From contig QCKN01000006.1 in assembly GCA_003215295.1 (NCBI GenBank), positions 9,159 to 73,158 on the forward strand: a DNA stretch of 64,000 nucleotides, read 5' to 3'. Shown piece after piece: positions 54,755 to 63,728 of the stretch. Origin of the DNA: Prochlorococcus sp. AG-409-P03 (lineage in GTDB: Bacteria > Cyanobacteriota > Cyanobacteriia > PCC-6307 > Cyanobiaceae). The translations under genes and the position numbers were made by a program. The notes beneath the pieces are model-generated. The model did no database searches and was not told where the DNA came from. It saw only the letters and a list, made by a program, of their open reading frames with translations. Position 1 is the first letter of the stretch, and every line of letters begins with the position of its first letter.

Positions 54755-56431
54755 ATGACTGAAAAAGATTCTTGGTGGGAAGGTGCTGTTATTTATCAGT
54801 TAATTCCACGTAGCTATGCAGATGGCAATAGCGATGGCATTGGCGATCTGCAGGGATTAATAGGCAGACTGAGCTATTTGCGATGGTTAGGGGTTGATGC
54901 TCTTTGGCTGACTCCCATCTATCCATCACCTTTAGAGGACGGAGGATATGACATTACTGACTTTGAAAATATTCACCCTGAGCTTGGAGACTTGTCGGCT
55001 TTTCATCGGTTGCTAAAAGCTGCTCATGACCAGGGTATAAAAATCATCATTGATCTTGTTCTTAATCACACCAGCGTTCTTCATCCATGGTTTCAAAGAG
55101 CCCGTTGGGCTCCTAAAGGAAGTACAGAACGAGAGGTATATGTGTGGAGTGATGACCCAAATAAGTACGCAGAGGCTCCAGTCTTGTTTCGAAACTTTGA
55201 GTCTTCTAATTGGGAATGGGATGATGTAGCAGAACAGTACTACTTACATCGATTTCTTAGACATCAACCTGACCTCAATTATGAAAACCCTTGGGTTCAG
55301 GATCAAATGCTTGGAGTCGTTGATTTCTGGTTAGAGAGGGGCGTTGATGGTTTTAGGTTAGATGCCGTCCCATTTCTTTTCGAGGCAGAAGATAGTCGAT
55401 GTGAGGGGTTGCCTGAAACGCATGGTTTCTTACGTCAGGTTCGGGCGAGAGTCGAAGAAAGTGGAAGAGATGTTTTGCTATTAGCAGAGGCGATACAGCC
55501 AGTAAAAGAGGCTGCTCCATATCTTGCAGATGATGAATTGCATGGAGCCTTCAATTTTGTTCTCACTGCTCATTTGTTCGCTGCTGTAGCTAGTGGGAAC
55601 TGCAAGCAGCTGAAGTTATGTCTTCAGGAAGCCCAAACTGTTGTGCCTGGATGTAGATGGGCATTGCCTCTTCGTAATCATGATGAGCTCTGGCTAGGTG
55701 ATGGTCATCTGGTTCCTGAAGGGGTGATTCAGACTATTCGCGCTGGACTGCATCAAGGGCATGGGCACTGGCTGAATTGGGGTATAAATCGACGACTGGC
55801 TCCATTATTGAATGGTGATCCTCGCGCCAACCGCTTGCTTCATGCTCTTCTTTACAGCCTCCCAGGCATGCCCTGCCTTTATTACGGAGATGAGTTAGGT
55901 ATGGGCGATTGGCCTGGGCTGAGGGATAGAGACCCTAACCGCACACCCATGGCTTGGACTCCTGCAAGAAATGGTGGGTTCTCTAGCGCTCCAGATCCTT
56001 TGCTAGTGCTTCCAGCGATTACTGCCCCTGGGTATGACTATCGCGTCGTGAATGTCGAGGTGCAGAAACAACTACCTGGCTCCCTCTTGAATTGGCATCG
56101 TCGAATGCTCACCTGCCGGAGGCTATTGCCTGCTCTTAGACGTGGAGATTTTGAAGTCCTTGAGTCAAGACATGCAAGCGTAATGGTTTATTTGCGTAGC
56201 GTTGAGAGCATGACTGTTCTGGTTGCTGCAAATCTTTCTGGTGCGGGAGCCTCATTAAGTCTAGATTTAAGTAGATGGAATGGAGCTCGAACCAGAGAAG
56301 TTCTTTGGGGTTGTGAGTACCCTCCAGCCAATGAAGATTGGTTTGTTTATTTGCCTTCATATGGTTTTAGTTGGTGGCTAATTGGAGAAGTTGATGGGTC
56401 TGATCCTTTAAATGCAGATTTACACAATTAA
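54755..56431 (+). CDS. GH13 alpha-amylase-family enzyme, trehalose-synthase / oligo-1,6-glucosidase-like
   Basis: WWEGAVIYQLIPRSYADGNSDGIGDLQG, DLVLNHTS, GVDGFRLDAVPFL (nucleophile Asp region), LLAEA and RNHDEL. Confidence 0.85.
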   Translation: MTEKDSWWEGAVIYQLIPRSYADGNSDGIGDLQGLIGRLSYLRWLGVDALWLTPIYPSPLEDGGYDITDFENIHPELGDLSAFHRLLKAAHDQGIKIIIDLVLNHTSVLHPWFQRARWAPKGSTEREVYVWSDDPNKYAEAPVLFRNFESSNWEWDDVAEQYYLHRFLRHQPDLNYENPWVQDQMLGVVDFWLERGVDGFRLDAVPFLFEAEDSRCEGLPETHGFLRQVRARVEESGRDVLLLAEAIQPVKEAAPYLADDELHGAFNFVLTAHLFAAVASGNCKQLKLCLQEAQTVVPGCRWALPLRNHDELWLGDGHLVPEGVIQTIRAGLHQGHGHWLNWGINRRLAPLLNGDPRANRLLHALLYSLPGMPCLYYGDELGMGDWPGLRDRDPNRTPMAWTPARNGGFSSAPDPLLVLPAITAPGYDYRVVNVEVQKQLPGSLLNWHRRMLTCRRLLPALRRGDFEVLESRHASVMVYLRSVESMTVLVAANLSGAGASLSLDLSRWNGARTREVLWGCEYPPANEDWFVYLPSYGFSWWLIGEVDGSDPLNADLHN

Positions 56432-56445
56432 CTTCATTAATCTTC

Positions 56446-58011
56446 CTACCTTGTAAGACATATGTTTTGACTGATTAGCCCAGCATTTTCAAGGTGCTCA
56501 TTTACTAGAGGAAGAAGTCTATTGGCTTCCTCTAGATCAACCATTGCTAATCGACAACGGCGAGCGAGAATATCTGTGGGAGTTAATGCATGTTCGTTTT
56601 TAATTGAATGCTTAATTTCTTCTTCACAGACCGGGATTGTTTCACTCAGAGGTTTGATTCTTTCAGCAGTTCCTTTTGAGATAATTGATAGTGCTTCTAG
56701 GCCATAATTAGCCTGAAGATAATCAACCTGCCTAGCTTTTAGTTCTGAATCAGGAAGAATTTGAAAGAGCAAATCCTTTTGCTTTAGAAGACTAGAGATG
56801 GTTTCCGTTGGGCGACTTGCTGTTCCGATGAGGGGTAGCGTTTTTGGTTTTGGAAGTGAACGCTCTAAAACAGATTCAACAGCGTTTAGGGTATCTAAGG
56901 CAATGCTTCGACAGGTTGTCCATTTACCTCCCATTGCGCTTATTAAACCGCAAGGCAAGATTTCTATTTCATGTTCTCGCACTACCCTGCTGCTATTGGT
57001 AGTGCCTTCATTTTGGGTCAAGAGTGGTCTTCCTCCTGCCCAAGAACTTTTAATTAGTGGATCTTTAATGTCTGGGAACCAGCGCTTTATGTAATCAATC
57101 AAATAATCTTTTTCCTTTTCTGAAGGGAATTTTGCATCTTCTTTTGCGCACGATATGTCAGTTGTTCCAATTTGTGTGTGATTGAAGAATGGAAGTATGA
57201 ATAAAACTCTTCCGTCGTCAGTTGAAGGTACTAATAAGCCAATTCCATTTGGGCATAGGTTCTGCTTGATAACTATATGAACTCCTCTGCTTGTCATAAC
57301 CCTTGGTGATGCATTTTGATCAACATATTGACGAAGTGTGTCAACATTTATCCCTGTAGCATTTACAATTGCCTTGGCTTCCCATAGCTCTTGATTGCCA
57401 GATGTGTCTTCACTAATTGCTCCTCTAAGTTTTCCATCTTTTGTTAGTTTAAAATCTAAGACTCTGCAATGGTTTCTGATAGTTGCACCTTCTTTTTCAG
57501 CTGTTAGTGCTAATAGAAGGTTTAGCCTTGCGTCGTTAAATTGCCCATCGCTATAACTGACTCCACCATTTAAGTCTCCCCTGATAAGTGGGAAGTTTAT
57601 TTTTAGTTGTGAGGTTGAAATAGCATGAGAGTTTCCAATGTTGTTCTCTCCTGAGAGAGCGTCGTATAGGCCTAAGCCAAACCGGTAATATTGTTTTCCT
57701 AAACAGTTGCTTGTCGGGAGTGCGAGTTCGACTCTCTTCGCTAAGAATGGTGCCTGTTGCAGCCAATAATGTCTTTCTAGTAATGCTTGCCTTACTAGAC
57801 GAAGTTGTGAAAGGTCTAAGTTTTTGAAAGCTAGTTCGAGGTATCGAACGCCTCCATGCAATAGCTTTGTGCTTCTTGAGCTGGTTCCAGAGCTGATATC
57901 CCCTGCATCTAAAAGAGCGACCTTTAGTCCTCGCCTGACAGCCTCATAGGTAACGCATGCCCCACTCGCGCCAGCGCCGATTACAAGAAGATCAAACGTT
58001 TTATTGTTCAT
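56446..58011 (-). CDS. glpD: FAD-dependent glycerol-3-phosphate dehydrogenase
   Basis: DLLVIGAGASGACV is the FAD dinucleotide fold and SGTSSRSTKLLHGGVRYLE is the GlpD signature. Confidence 0.9.
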   Translation of the reverse strand: MNNKTFDLLVIGAGASGACVTYEAVRRGLKVALLDAGDISSGTSSRSTKLLHGGVRYLELAFKNLDLSQLRLVRQALLERHYWLQQAPFLAKRVELALPTSNCLGKQYYRFGLGLYDALSGENNIGNSHAISTSQLKINFPLIRGDLNGGVSYSDGQFNDARLNLLLALTAEKEGATIRNHCRVLDFKLTKDGKLRGAISEDTSGNQELWEAKAIVNATGINVDTLRQYVDQNASPRVMTSRGVHIVIKQNLCPNGIGLLVPSTDDGRVLFILPFFNHTQIGTTDISCAKEDAKFPSEKEKDYLIDYIKRWFPDIKDPLIKSSWAGGRPLLTQNEGTTNSSRVVREHEIEILPCGLISAMGGKWTTCRSIALDTLNAVESVLERSLPKPKTLPLIGTASRPTETISSLLKQKDLLFQILPDSELKARQVDYLQANYGLEALSIISKGTAERIKPLSETIPVCEEEIKHSIKNEHALTPTDILARRCRLAMVDLEEANRLLPLVNEHLENAGLISQNICLTR

Positions 58012-59509
58012 GCCATTTGAGACTTCTTGTTACGGCGTTTTCCCAACGAGCACGCCATCTCGCACGGGACTGGGGATCGATATTTGGGTGAAACAGTTCT
58101 GCTCCCTTTTCACGTTCTTTTGCAAGGTTGTTGAGGTCTGGTATTGCTCCTGATTGGACTCCTGCAAGGAAAGCGACTCCTCTTGCTGTACTTTCTAAAT
58201 TACTTGGACGTCTGACTTGAAGTCCTGTTACGTCAGCTTGCGACTGGAGGAGTGGGTTGGATGCGGCAGCTCCACCATCTACAGCTAATTGATGTAGTTT
58301 GTTTCCCATTGACTCTTCTGCTAATTCAACTAAGGTCGCTACAGATAAGGCAATTCCTTCCAGAGCCGCTTTAGCAATATGACCTCTATTACTGCTTCTA
58401 GTAAGACCAAGAATTAAGCCACGCGCACTGGGATCCCAATGAGGAGTGCCCCACCCCGTAAAGGCTGGCACAAGCATTACCCCTGCACTGTTTTCTACTT
58501 CATTGGCAAGATCATTTATTTGAGATGCCTTTTCGATGATTTTCAGTTCGTCGCGCAGCCATTGCACGACAGTCCCTGCGTTGAACAGACTACCTTCAAG
58601 ACAATACGTAGGCATGCCTTTTGCATCAGTCCACCCCAGGGTGCTTAGTAGTCCAGCATTTGAACGATGAATTTCATGACCAGTATTAATAACTAGAAAA
58701 GCGCCAGTGCCATAGGTGCATTTTGCTTCTCCTTTTTTTAGACACAATTGACCTAGGGTGGCTGCCTGTTGATCACCCAGTAAAGCTTGTATTGGAGTTC
58801 CAGCGAAGGGTATACCTTCTGAGATCTGACCAAAGTTTCCTCTGCAGGGAACTAGTTCTGGTAGAGAACTTGGAGGGAGATTGATTACATCGCAAAAGCT
58901 TTCCATCCATTCAAGACGCTCAAGATCCATTAAGAGCGTTCGACTGGCATTGCTCATGTCAGAGCAGTGACGCTTGCCAGACGTGAGATTCCAAAGGAGC
59001 CAGCTTTCTACTGTCCCAAAGCAGAGATCCTGCTCTGCTAGTGCTTGAGCAACTGAAGTTTCATGTTTAATTAGCCATTGTATTTTGCTTGCGCTGAAGT
59101 ATGGGTCAAGAACAAGGCCCGTGCGCTCTCTCCATTCACTTTCTAGTCCTTCAGATTTCCATTGCTCGCAGATATCTGAGGTTCGTCCGTCTTGCCAAAC
59201 CAAGGCAGGGCCACATGGTTCTCCATTGCTTCGTCGCCAAAGTATCGTTGTCTCTCGTTGGTTTGTAATGCCACAGCTAACGATGGCAGCTTTCTGTTCG
59301 GGATTAAGTGTTTTTTCGAGATCTGCCATTGCCGTTTGTTGGCTGATCCATATCCCACGAGGGTCTTGTTGAACCCATCCATCTGAGGGGTATTCGATTT
59401 CTAAAGGTGCGCTGCAACTGGCTATAAGCTGTCCTGTTGTATTGAACAGGGCAGCTCTAGAGCTACTAGTGCCTTGATCGAGAGCTAGGAGGAGTGGCTG
59501 ATGAGCCAT
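58001..59509 (-). CDS. glpK: Glycerol kinase
   Basis: LALDQGTSSSRA, GITNQRETTILW and GDQQAATLGQ are canonical FGGY/GlpK motifs. It overlaps glpD by 11 nt. Confidence 0.95.
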   Translation of the reverse strand: MAHQPLLLALDQGTSSSRAALFNTTGQLIASCSAPLEIEYPSDGWVQQDPRGIWISQQTAMADLEKTLNPEQKAAIVSCGITNQRETTILWRRSNGEPCGPALVWQDGRTSDICEQWKSEGLESEWRERTGLVLDPYFSASKIQWLIKHETSVAQALAEQDLCFGTVESWLLWNLTSGKRHCSDMSNASRTLLMDLERLEWMESFCDVINLPPSSLPELVPCRGNFGQISEGIPFAGTPIQALLGDQQAATLGQLCLKKGEAKCTYGTGAFLVINTGHEIHRSNAGLLSTLGWTDAKGMPTYCLEGSLFNAGTVVQWLRDELKIIEKASQINDLANEVENSAGVMLVPAFTGWGTPHWDPSARGLILGLTRSSNRGHIAKAALEGIALSVATLVELAEESMGNKLHQLAVDGGAAASNPLLQSQADVTGLQVRRPSNLESTARGVAFLAGVQSGAIPDLNNLAKEREKGAELFHPNIDPQSRARWRARWENAVTRSLKWHEQ

Positions 59510-59549
59510 GGCTGTTGTCTTTCTCTATTGCTAGCGATGGGTTGATCTA

Positions 59550-61004
59550 ATGAAAAGCGAAATGCTTCAGAAGAATTTTCTTTTTAATCCTCCAGAGTGG
59601 GTTTCGAATGCGATTGTCTATCAGATTTTTCCTGATCGTTTCAGGAAAAGTGGATCTGTAGAGGCTCAACGAAATTTGATTTTCCAGAGATGGGGTTCAA
59701 ATCCTGCTTTGCAGGGGTTTCATGGTGGAGATTTATATGGAGTCGTCGAAAAGCTTGACTATCTTGAAAAGATGGGGATTAATTGTCTTTATTTAACTCC
59801 AATCTTTGCCTCAGCAGCTAATCACAGATATCACACTTTTGATTATTTCGAAGTAGACCCCCTTTTAGGAGGAGACTCTGCATTAGAGGCTCTGATTGAT
59901 GCATTACACCTTAGAGGTATGAGAATTATTTTGGACGGTGTTTTTAATCATTGTGGCAGGGGGTTCTGGGCATTTCATCACCTTTTAGAAAATGGCGAGA
60001 ATTCGCCTTATAAAAACTGGTTTCATATTCATAAATGGCCTTTAAGTCCCTATCCCTATGAAGGTCAGGACTGTGGATATGGGTGTTGGTGGAATGATCC
60101 TGCTTTACCAAAGTTTAATTACCAGCACTTACCAGTGCGCGAGTATTTCCTTTCAGTTGCTTCTTATTGGCTTGATAAAGGAATAGATGGATGGAGGCTA
60201 GATGTACCTGACGAGGTTCCCATTGATTTTTGGGTTGAATTTCGTAAAACAGTCAAGTCAATTAATAGCGAAGCTTGGATTATTGGAGAAATCTGGGGTG
60301 ACGCAAGAAAGTGGCTTAAAGGAGATTGCTTTGATGGTGTAATGAATTATCGAGTTAGTTGGAGCACTTTGTCATGGGTAGCAGGTGCAAACTTGAATAC
60401 CAGCTATGCAAATCCTTCCTACCCATTAGAACAGATTAATGCGACTGCCTATATTGATGTTATAAATAGAGCTTTTGACTTCTATTTACCTCAGGTAAAT
60501 AGAAGTCAGTTGAATTTATTAGATAGCCATGATGTTCCAAGAGCACTTTGGACACTTCTAGGAGATGAAAGTGCTTTGAAACTTGCATTATTATTGATTT
60601 TTTTACAGCCCGGTGCACCTTGTATCTACTATGGAACGGAAGTGTGTCTTTCGGGTGGAGTTGAACCTGAATGCAGGGAAAGCTTCCCCTGGAGTGATTC
60701 TTTGAACATCGATTTTATTTCTTTTTTACAGTCATTAATTGAACTTAGGACGGAATACAATCAGTTAATAAATGATGGTTTCAAGTGGAGCTCTATAGGC
60801 GATGATGCTGTTTTCTTCCAAGCTAAAGATGATTCAAATCACTCTGAAGTTTCCCATCCTAAAATATTAGGTTTGATTAATCGAAGTCGAACATCGTGGT
60901 TAAAGTACGATGTTGTTCCTCATAAGGTTGTTTTTTGTCTTGGTAAAGCTCAAATGAAAAATAGAGGCCTAGGTCCCCAATCAGCAATATTATTTAGATC
61001 TTAA
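59550..61004 (+). CDS. GH13 alpha-glycosidase (neopullulanase/cyclomaltodextrinase-like catalytic domain)
   Basis: IVYQIFPDRF, GGDLYGVVEKLDYLEKMGINCLYLTPIF, DGVFNHCG, GIDGWRLDVPDEV, GEIWG and LLDSHD. Confidence 0.88.
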   Translation: MKSEMLQKNFLFNPPEWVSNAIVYQIFPDRFRKSGSVEAQRNLIFQRWGSNPALQGFHGGDLYGVVEKLDYLEKMGINCLYLTPIFASAANHRYHTFDYFEVDPLLGGDSALEALIDALHLRGMRIILDGVFNHCGRGFWAFHHLLENGENSPYKNWFHIHKWPLSPYPYEGQDCGYGCWWNDPALPKFNYQHLPVREYFLSVASYWLDKGIDGWRLDVPDEVPIDFWVEFRKTVKSINSEAWIIGEIWGDARKWLKGDCFDGVMNYRVSWSTLSWVAGANLNTSYANPSYPLEQINATAYIDVINRAFDFYLPQVNRSQLNLLDSHDVPRALWTLLGDESALKLALLLIFLQPGAPCIYYGTEVCLSGGVEPECRESFPWSDSLNIDFISFLQSLIELRTEYNQLINDGFKWSSIGDDAVFFQAKDDSNHSEVSHPKILGLINRSRTSWLKYDVVPHKVVFCLGKAQMKNRGLGPQSAILFRS

Positions 61005-61273
61005 TTGAATTAGTTGATACACCTCAACCTTGATAGCTTCATTAAAGCTTTGGATTGATTATGATGATTTAGTGACTGTTTATATTTCATATGGTTTGTT
61101 TTTAGAATTTCTTGGAAGCCTCTAAGCTTGTAAGACGCTTGACCTTGATTTCATTCAGCTCTTATTTGATGAATTAATTTTCTTACCTCTACCTATTGCT
61201 TCTCAAAAGAGAAATTGCGTTAGTGGCCAATTCTTGAATGTTTGATAAAACTAAGAGAGCTTCTTACCCTTTG

Positions 61274-61354
61274 ATGTTTCATCAGATTGTTTTGCAGATC
61301 CTAGTTACATTGGTGGGGTTCACGATCCTTCTTCGTCTTGGTAAAACTCGGTAG
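61274..61354 (+). CDS. Candidate 26-aa hydrophobic peptide (speculative)
   Basis: Hand translation gives MFHQIVLQILVTLVGFTILLRLGKTR, one TM-length helix plus a basic tail. There is no obvious SD. Confidence 0.2.
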   Translation: MFHQIVLQILVTLVGFTILLRLGKTR

Positions 61355-61373
61355 ACATAAGAAACTGGCTCAT
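61320..61373 (-). CDS. Candidate 17-codon mini-ORF with a strong Shine-Dalgarno, antisense to the 26-aa ORF (speculative)
   Basis: The minus strand reads AAGGAGG, then 7 nt, then ATG AGC CAG ... TGA (MSQFLMSTEFYQDEEGS). It overlaps the 3' 35 nt of the plus-strand mini-ORF. Confidence 0.2.
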   Translation of the reverse strand: MSQFLMSTEFYQDEEGS

Positions 61374-61552
61374 AGAATACCCTCCTTTGCAGATGCACTG
61401 CTGTCGGTTGAGGGCATCTCCTTGAGTGTCCAAAGAATTAAGATCTTAGATATTTGATTAGTGCGAGCCAAAAGGTCTGCATTCTAAAAATTTGTAGACT
61501 GCTCCCTCCTAGAAGCTTGCCTATTGATCTCGGTTGTTAGTCAAGGTGATGG

Positions 61553-61589
61553 AAAGAAAGAAAAGATCTAAGAGATCTTTTCTTTCTTT
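61553..61589. terminator. 17-bp perfect hairpin (possible bidirectional terminator)
   Basis: aaagaaagaaaagatct (61553-61569) pairs with agatcttttctttcttt (61573-61589) around the 3-nt loop aag. The arms are purine- and pyrimidine-rich. Confidence 0.4.
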
Positions 61590-61723
61590 AGTGATCGAAG
61601 GTATCTTTTGCGTTGACCGCTGCCTTCAATGTCGACGTGCCATCCGCAAGCGAGTCGATGATCTAATTCTTCGAATTGTGGGTTTGTTTCTAGCTTCGAA
61701 AGCTTTTTTTTAGGTTTGTCCAT
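61568..61723 (-). CDS. Candidate 51-aa basic protein (speculative)
   Basis: Hand translation gives MDKPKKKLSKLETNPQFEELDHRLACGWHVDIEGSGQRKRYLRSLKKEKIS. The stop codon lies inside the 61553-61589 hairpin. Confidence 0.25.
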   Translation of the reverse strand: MDKPKKKLSKLETNPQFEELDHRLACGWHVDIEGSGQRKRYLRSLKKEKIS

Positions 61724-62835
61724 ATATAAATTAAACACCATTGCAGGAACTCTTGGCTTGGTTCAGTGCAACCTGATCTCGAAAATCTTGTTCTAGCAAT
61801 AGATCTCAGGGTTTGTTGCGACGAACACGTCGGTTTTTTCAAAACCCGTTATCTTGTTGTGGATCTTGAGTTTTTGCACGATGAATTCTGCATTGCAACA
61901 AACAAGTCTTCATTGGGCACAAAAGGCGGCCATTTATGTGTTTTCTTCTGGAATTTTTCTTTGGGGTTTAGATCGATCAATCCCTTCTTTCGATGGTTTT
62001 ATTAGGGGCTTGTTTGCTTGTCATGGAGGTTGACCCCCGTGGCGGCCCTGTGTCCAGTGATTAAAGTCTGAAGCCCATAGATTGGAAGTTTTCTAAGAGA
62101 TCACCTTTAGGTGGCTTTTCTCTCCAAGACTTGAGGTTCTGTGATTAGAGCGTATTTGTCTGACTTAAATGTTTTTGGGTATAACAATCAGTGTTAGGTA
62201 AAGCAACATCGATTCACTTTATTGAATGATAAATAATCAACTGCCATTGACTTAAGTAGCACTTGCCTCACAATCCCATTAAATCATCATAGAGACAGTA
62301 CTATAGAAATTACTTGAAGAAGTGTTTGTAGTATTTATATTGGTCAGAGTTGATTTGCCAAGCCAGCATATTGACTTGCTAGAATACTCTTCATTAGGTT
62401 TTCTGATACCTCTTCTCCCACCTGTATTCAGGAACTCTATTTATTTTCTTTATTACTAAAACCTTTCCTGTAAACTAATTTATTGTGGCCCATTTAAGGT
62501 TTTGTTATGAGTTTGGGTTAACAGGCGATCTCATTTTATTTGAGATCTAAGTAGATGGTATATCTATGTCTCTAGCTATACCTTCGTTAGAGTTTTTGAT
62601 TTGTATTTTAATAGTTCATTGTGTTGTCAAGAGTCTTCTCTAAGACTTGATCAAGGAGATATTGAGTTCAAAGGTTGACATGGATGTTCTTCGTCGGCTA
62701 CATCGTGTATCAGTTCGAGTCTTTATTTTCCTCTGCAGTTCATAATGCTATGCATTGGATTTTTTACTCGACTTCTCACCCTCGCTCCTTTTTTGGGGGC
62801 GAAGGCACGCTACGGTATGAGATTACAGAGGTCAA

Positions 62836-63462
62836 ATGATGGTTGTTAAATTTCTCTTAATAGATATCTCTGCATTACTTTTAGTGGTTGCATTCTTATT
62901 GCTTTTTAAAAGGCGAAATAGTCAGATATCATTATTCAAGTTAATGAGTAATGATACAACGTTGGATGCGGAATCTGTCTTTTTGCCAGATCTGAATGAA
63001 CTTTTGGATCTGGAGAAGCATGCCAGAAAAAACGGCTCAAGCATTGAATTTGATTCCTTAATTGGCTTGTGGAAATTCCTCTCTGTTTGGAAGCAAGACT
63101 CAGATAAGGAAAACGTTTTAGCCAGTTCATTGCTGCGGATTTTTTCTGCAAGCTTGGAACTAAGAAAAGAATCCTTTAAAGAAGACCAAGTGAAGTTTAG
63201 GATTGTGAACTCTATTCAATTTGGATCCTTGTTAATTAGATTTATTGGCACTGGTGAACTGAAAGGATCTCAACCACTCTTGCCTTTCTTTTTTGAACTT
63301 ATAGAGCTCAAATTAGGGGATAGTGTGTTGTTCAAGCGTGCCTTGGAGATCCCTGATGAGAAAAACAGACCTTTTTTTGCTTTAATTGCTATGGGAGATG
63401 GAGGCAGTTGGCTCTCCGCAAGAGGGCGTGGAGGTGGACTAGCCCTTTGGTTAAAAGATTAA
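62836..63462 (+). CDS. Hypothetical N-terminally membrane-anchored protein
   Basis: 208-aa ORF with an ATG start and the N-terminal TM helix VVKFLLIDISALLLVVAFLLLF. No family was recognised. Confidence 0.45.
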   Translation: MMVVKFLLIDISALLLVVAFLLLFKRRNSQISLFKLMSNDTTLDAESVFLPDLNELLDLEKHARKNGSSIEFDSLIGLWKFLSVWKQDSDKENVLASSLLRIFSASLELRKESFKEDQVKFRIVNSIQFGSLLIRFIGTGELKGSQPLLPFFFELIELKLGDSVLFKRALEIPDEKNRPFFALIAMGDGGSWLSARGRGGGLALWLKD

Positions 63463-63728
63463 TTTGTTGCTCAAATCACTTCGGCCCCTCGTCGGGACTT
63501 GAACTAGAGGCTACTTCCTTGGTCCAGGGAGTGCTTATTTTTTGATTTGACGTCCACTTTTAAGGTCTTTTAGTCCACTCCAGCAGCGGTGATATCCCGA
63601 TAGAGGGGAGGATCGTTATATCGCCTAAATGAAGTAGCCCTTGGAAATCTGAGATTAAAAAAGTTGGACATTGATAGATCCCAAATAGGATCAAAACCCC
63701 ATAGCTTTGACTAGTGACAACTTTAGAA

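Noticed and set aside
61766-62005. 79-aa GTG-start ORF, the only track ORF inside the gene-poor region.
   Set aside because: It has an unusual Phe/Cys-rich composition and no motif, and a terminator-like hairpin (61819-61839) lies inside it. It is treated as non-coding pending conservation evidence.
62695-62725. tRNA T-arm-like string (cagttcgagtc) that might mark a tRNA remnant or island att site.
   Set aside because: The flanking bases do not form a T-stem or an acceptor stem, and it does not match the 3' ends of the tRNA genes in the window.
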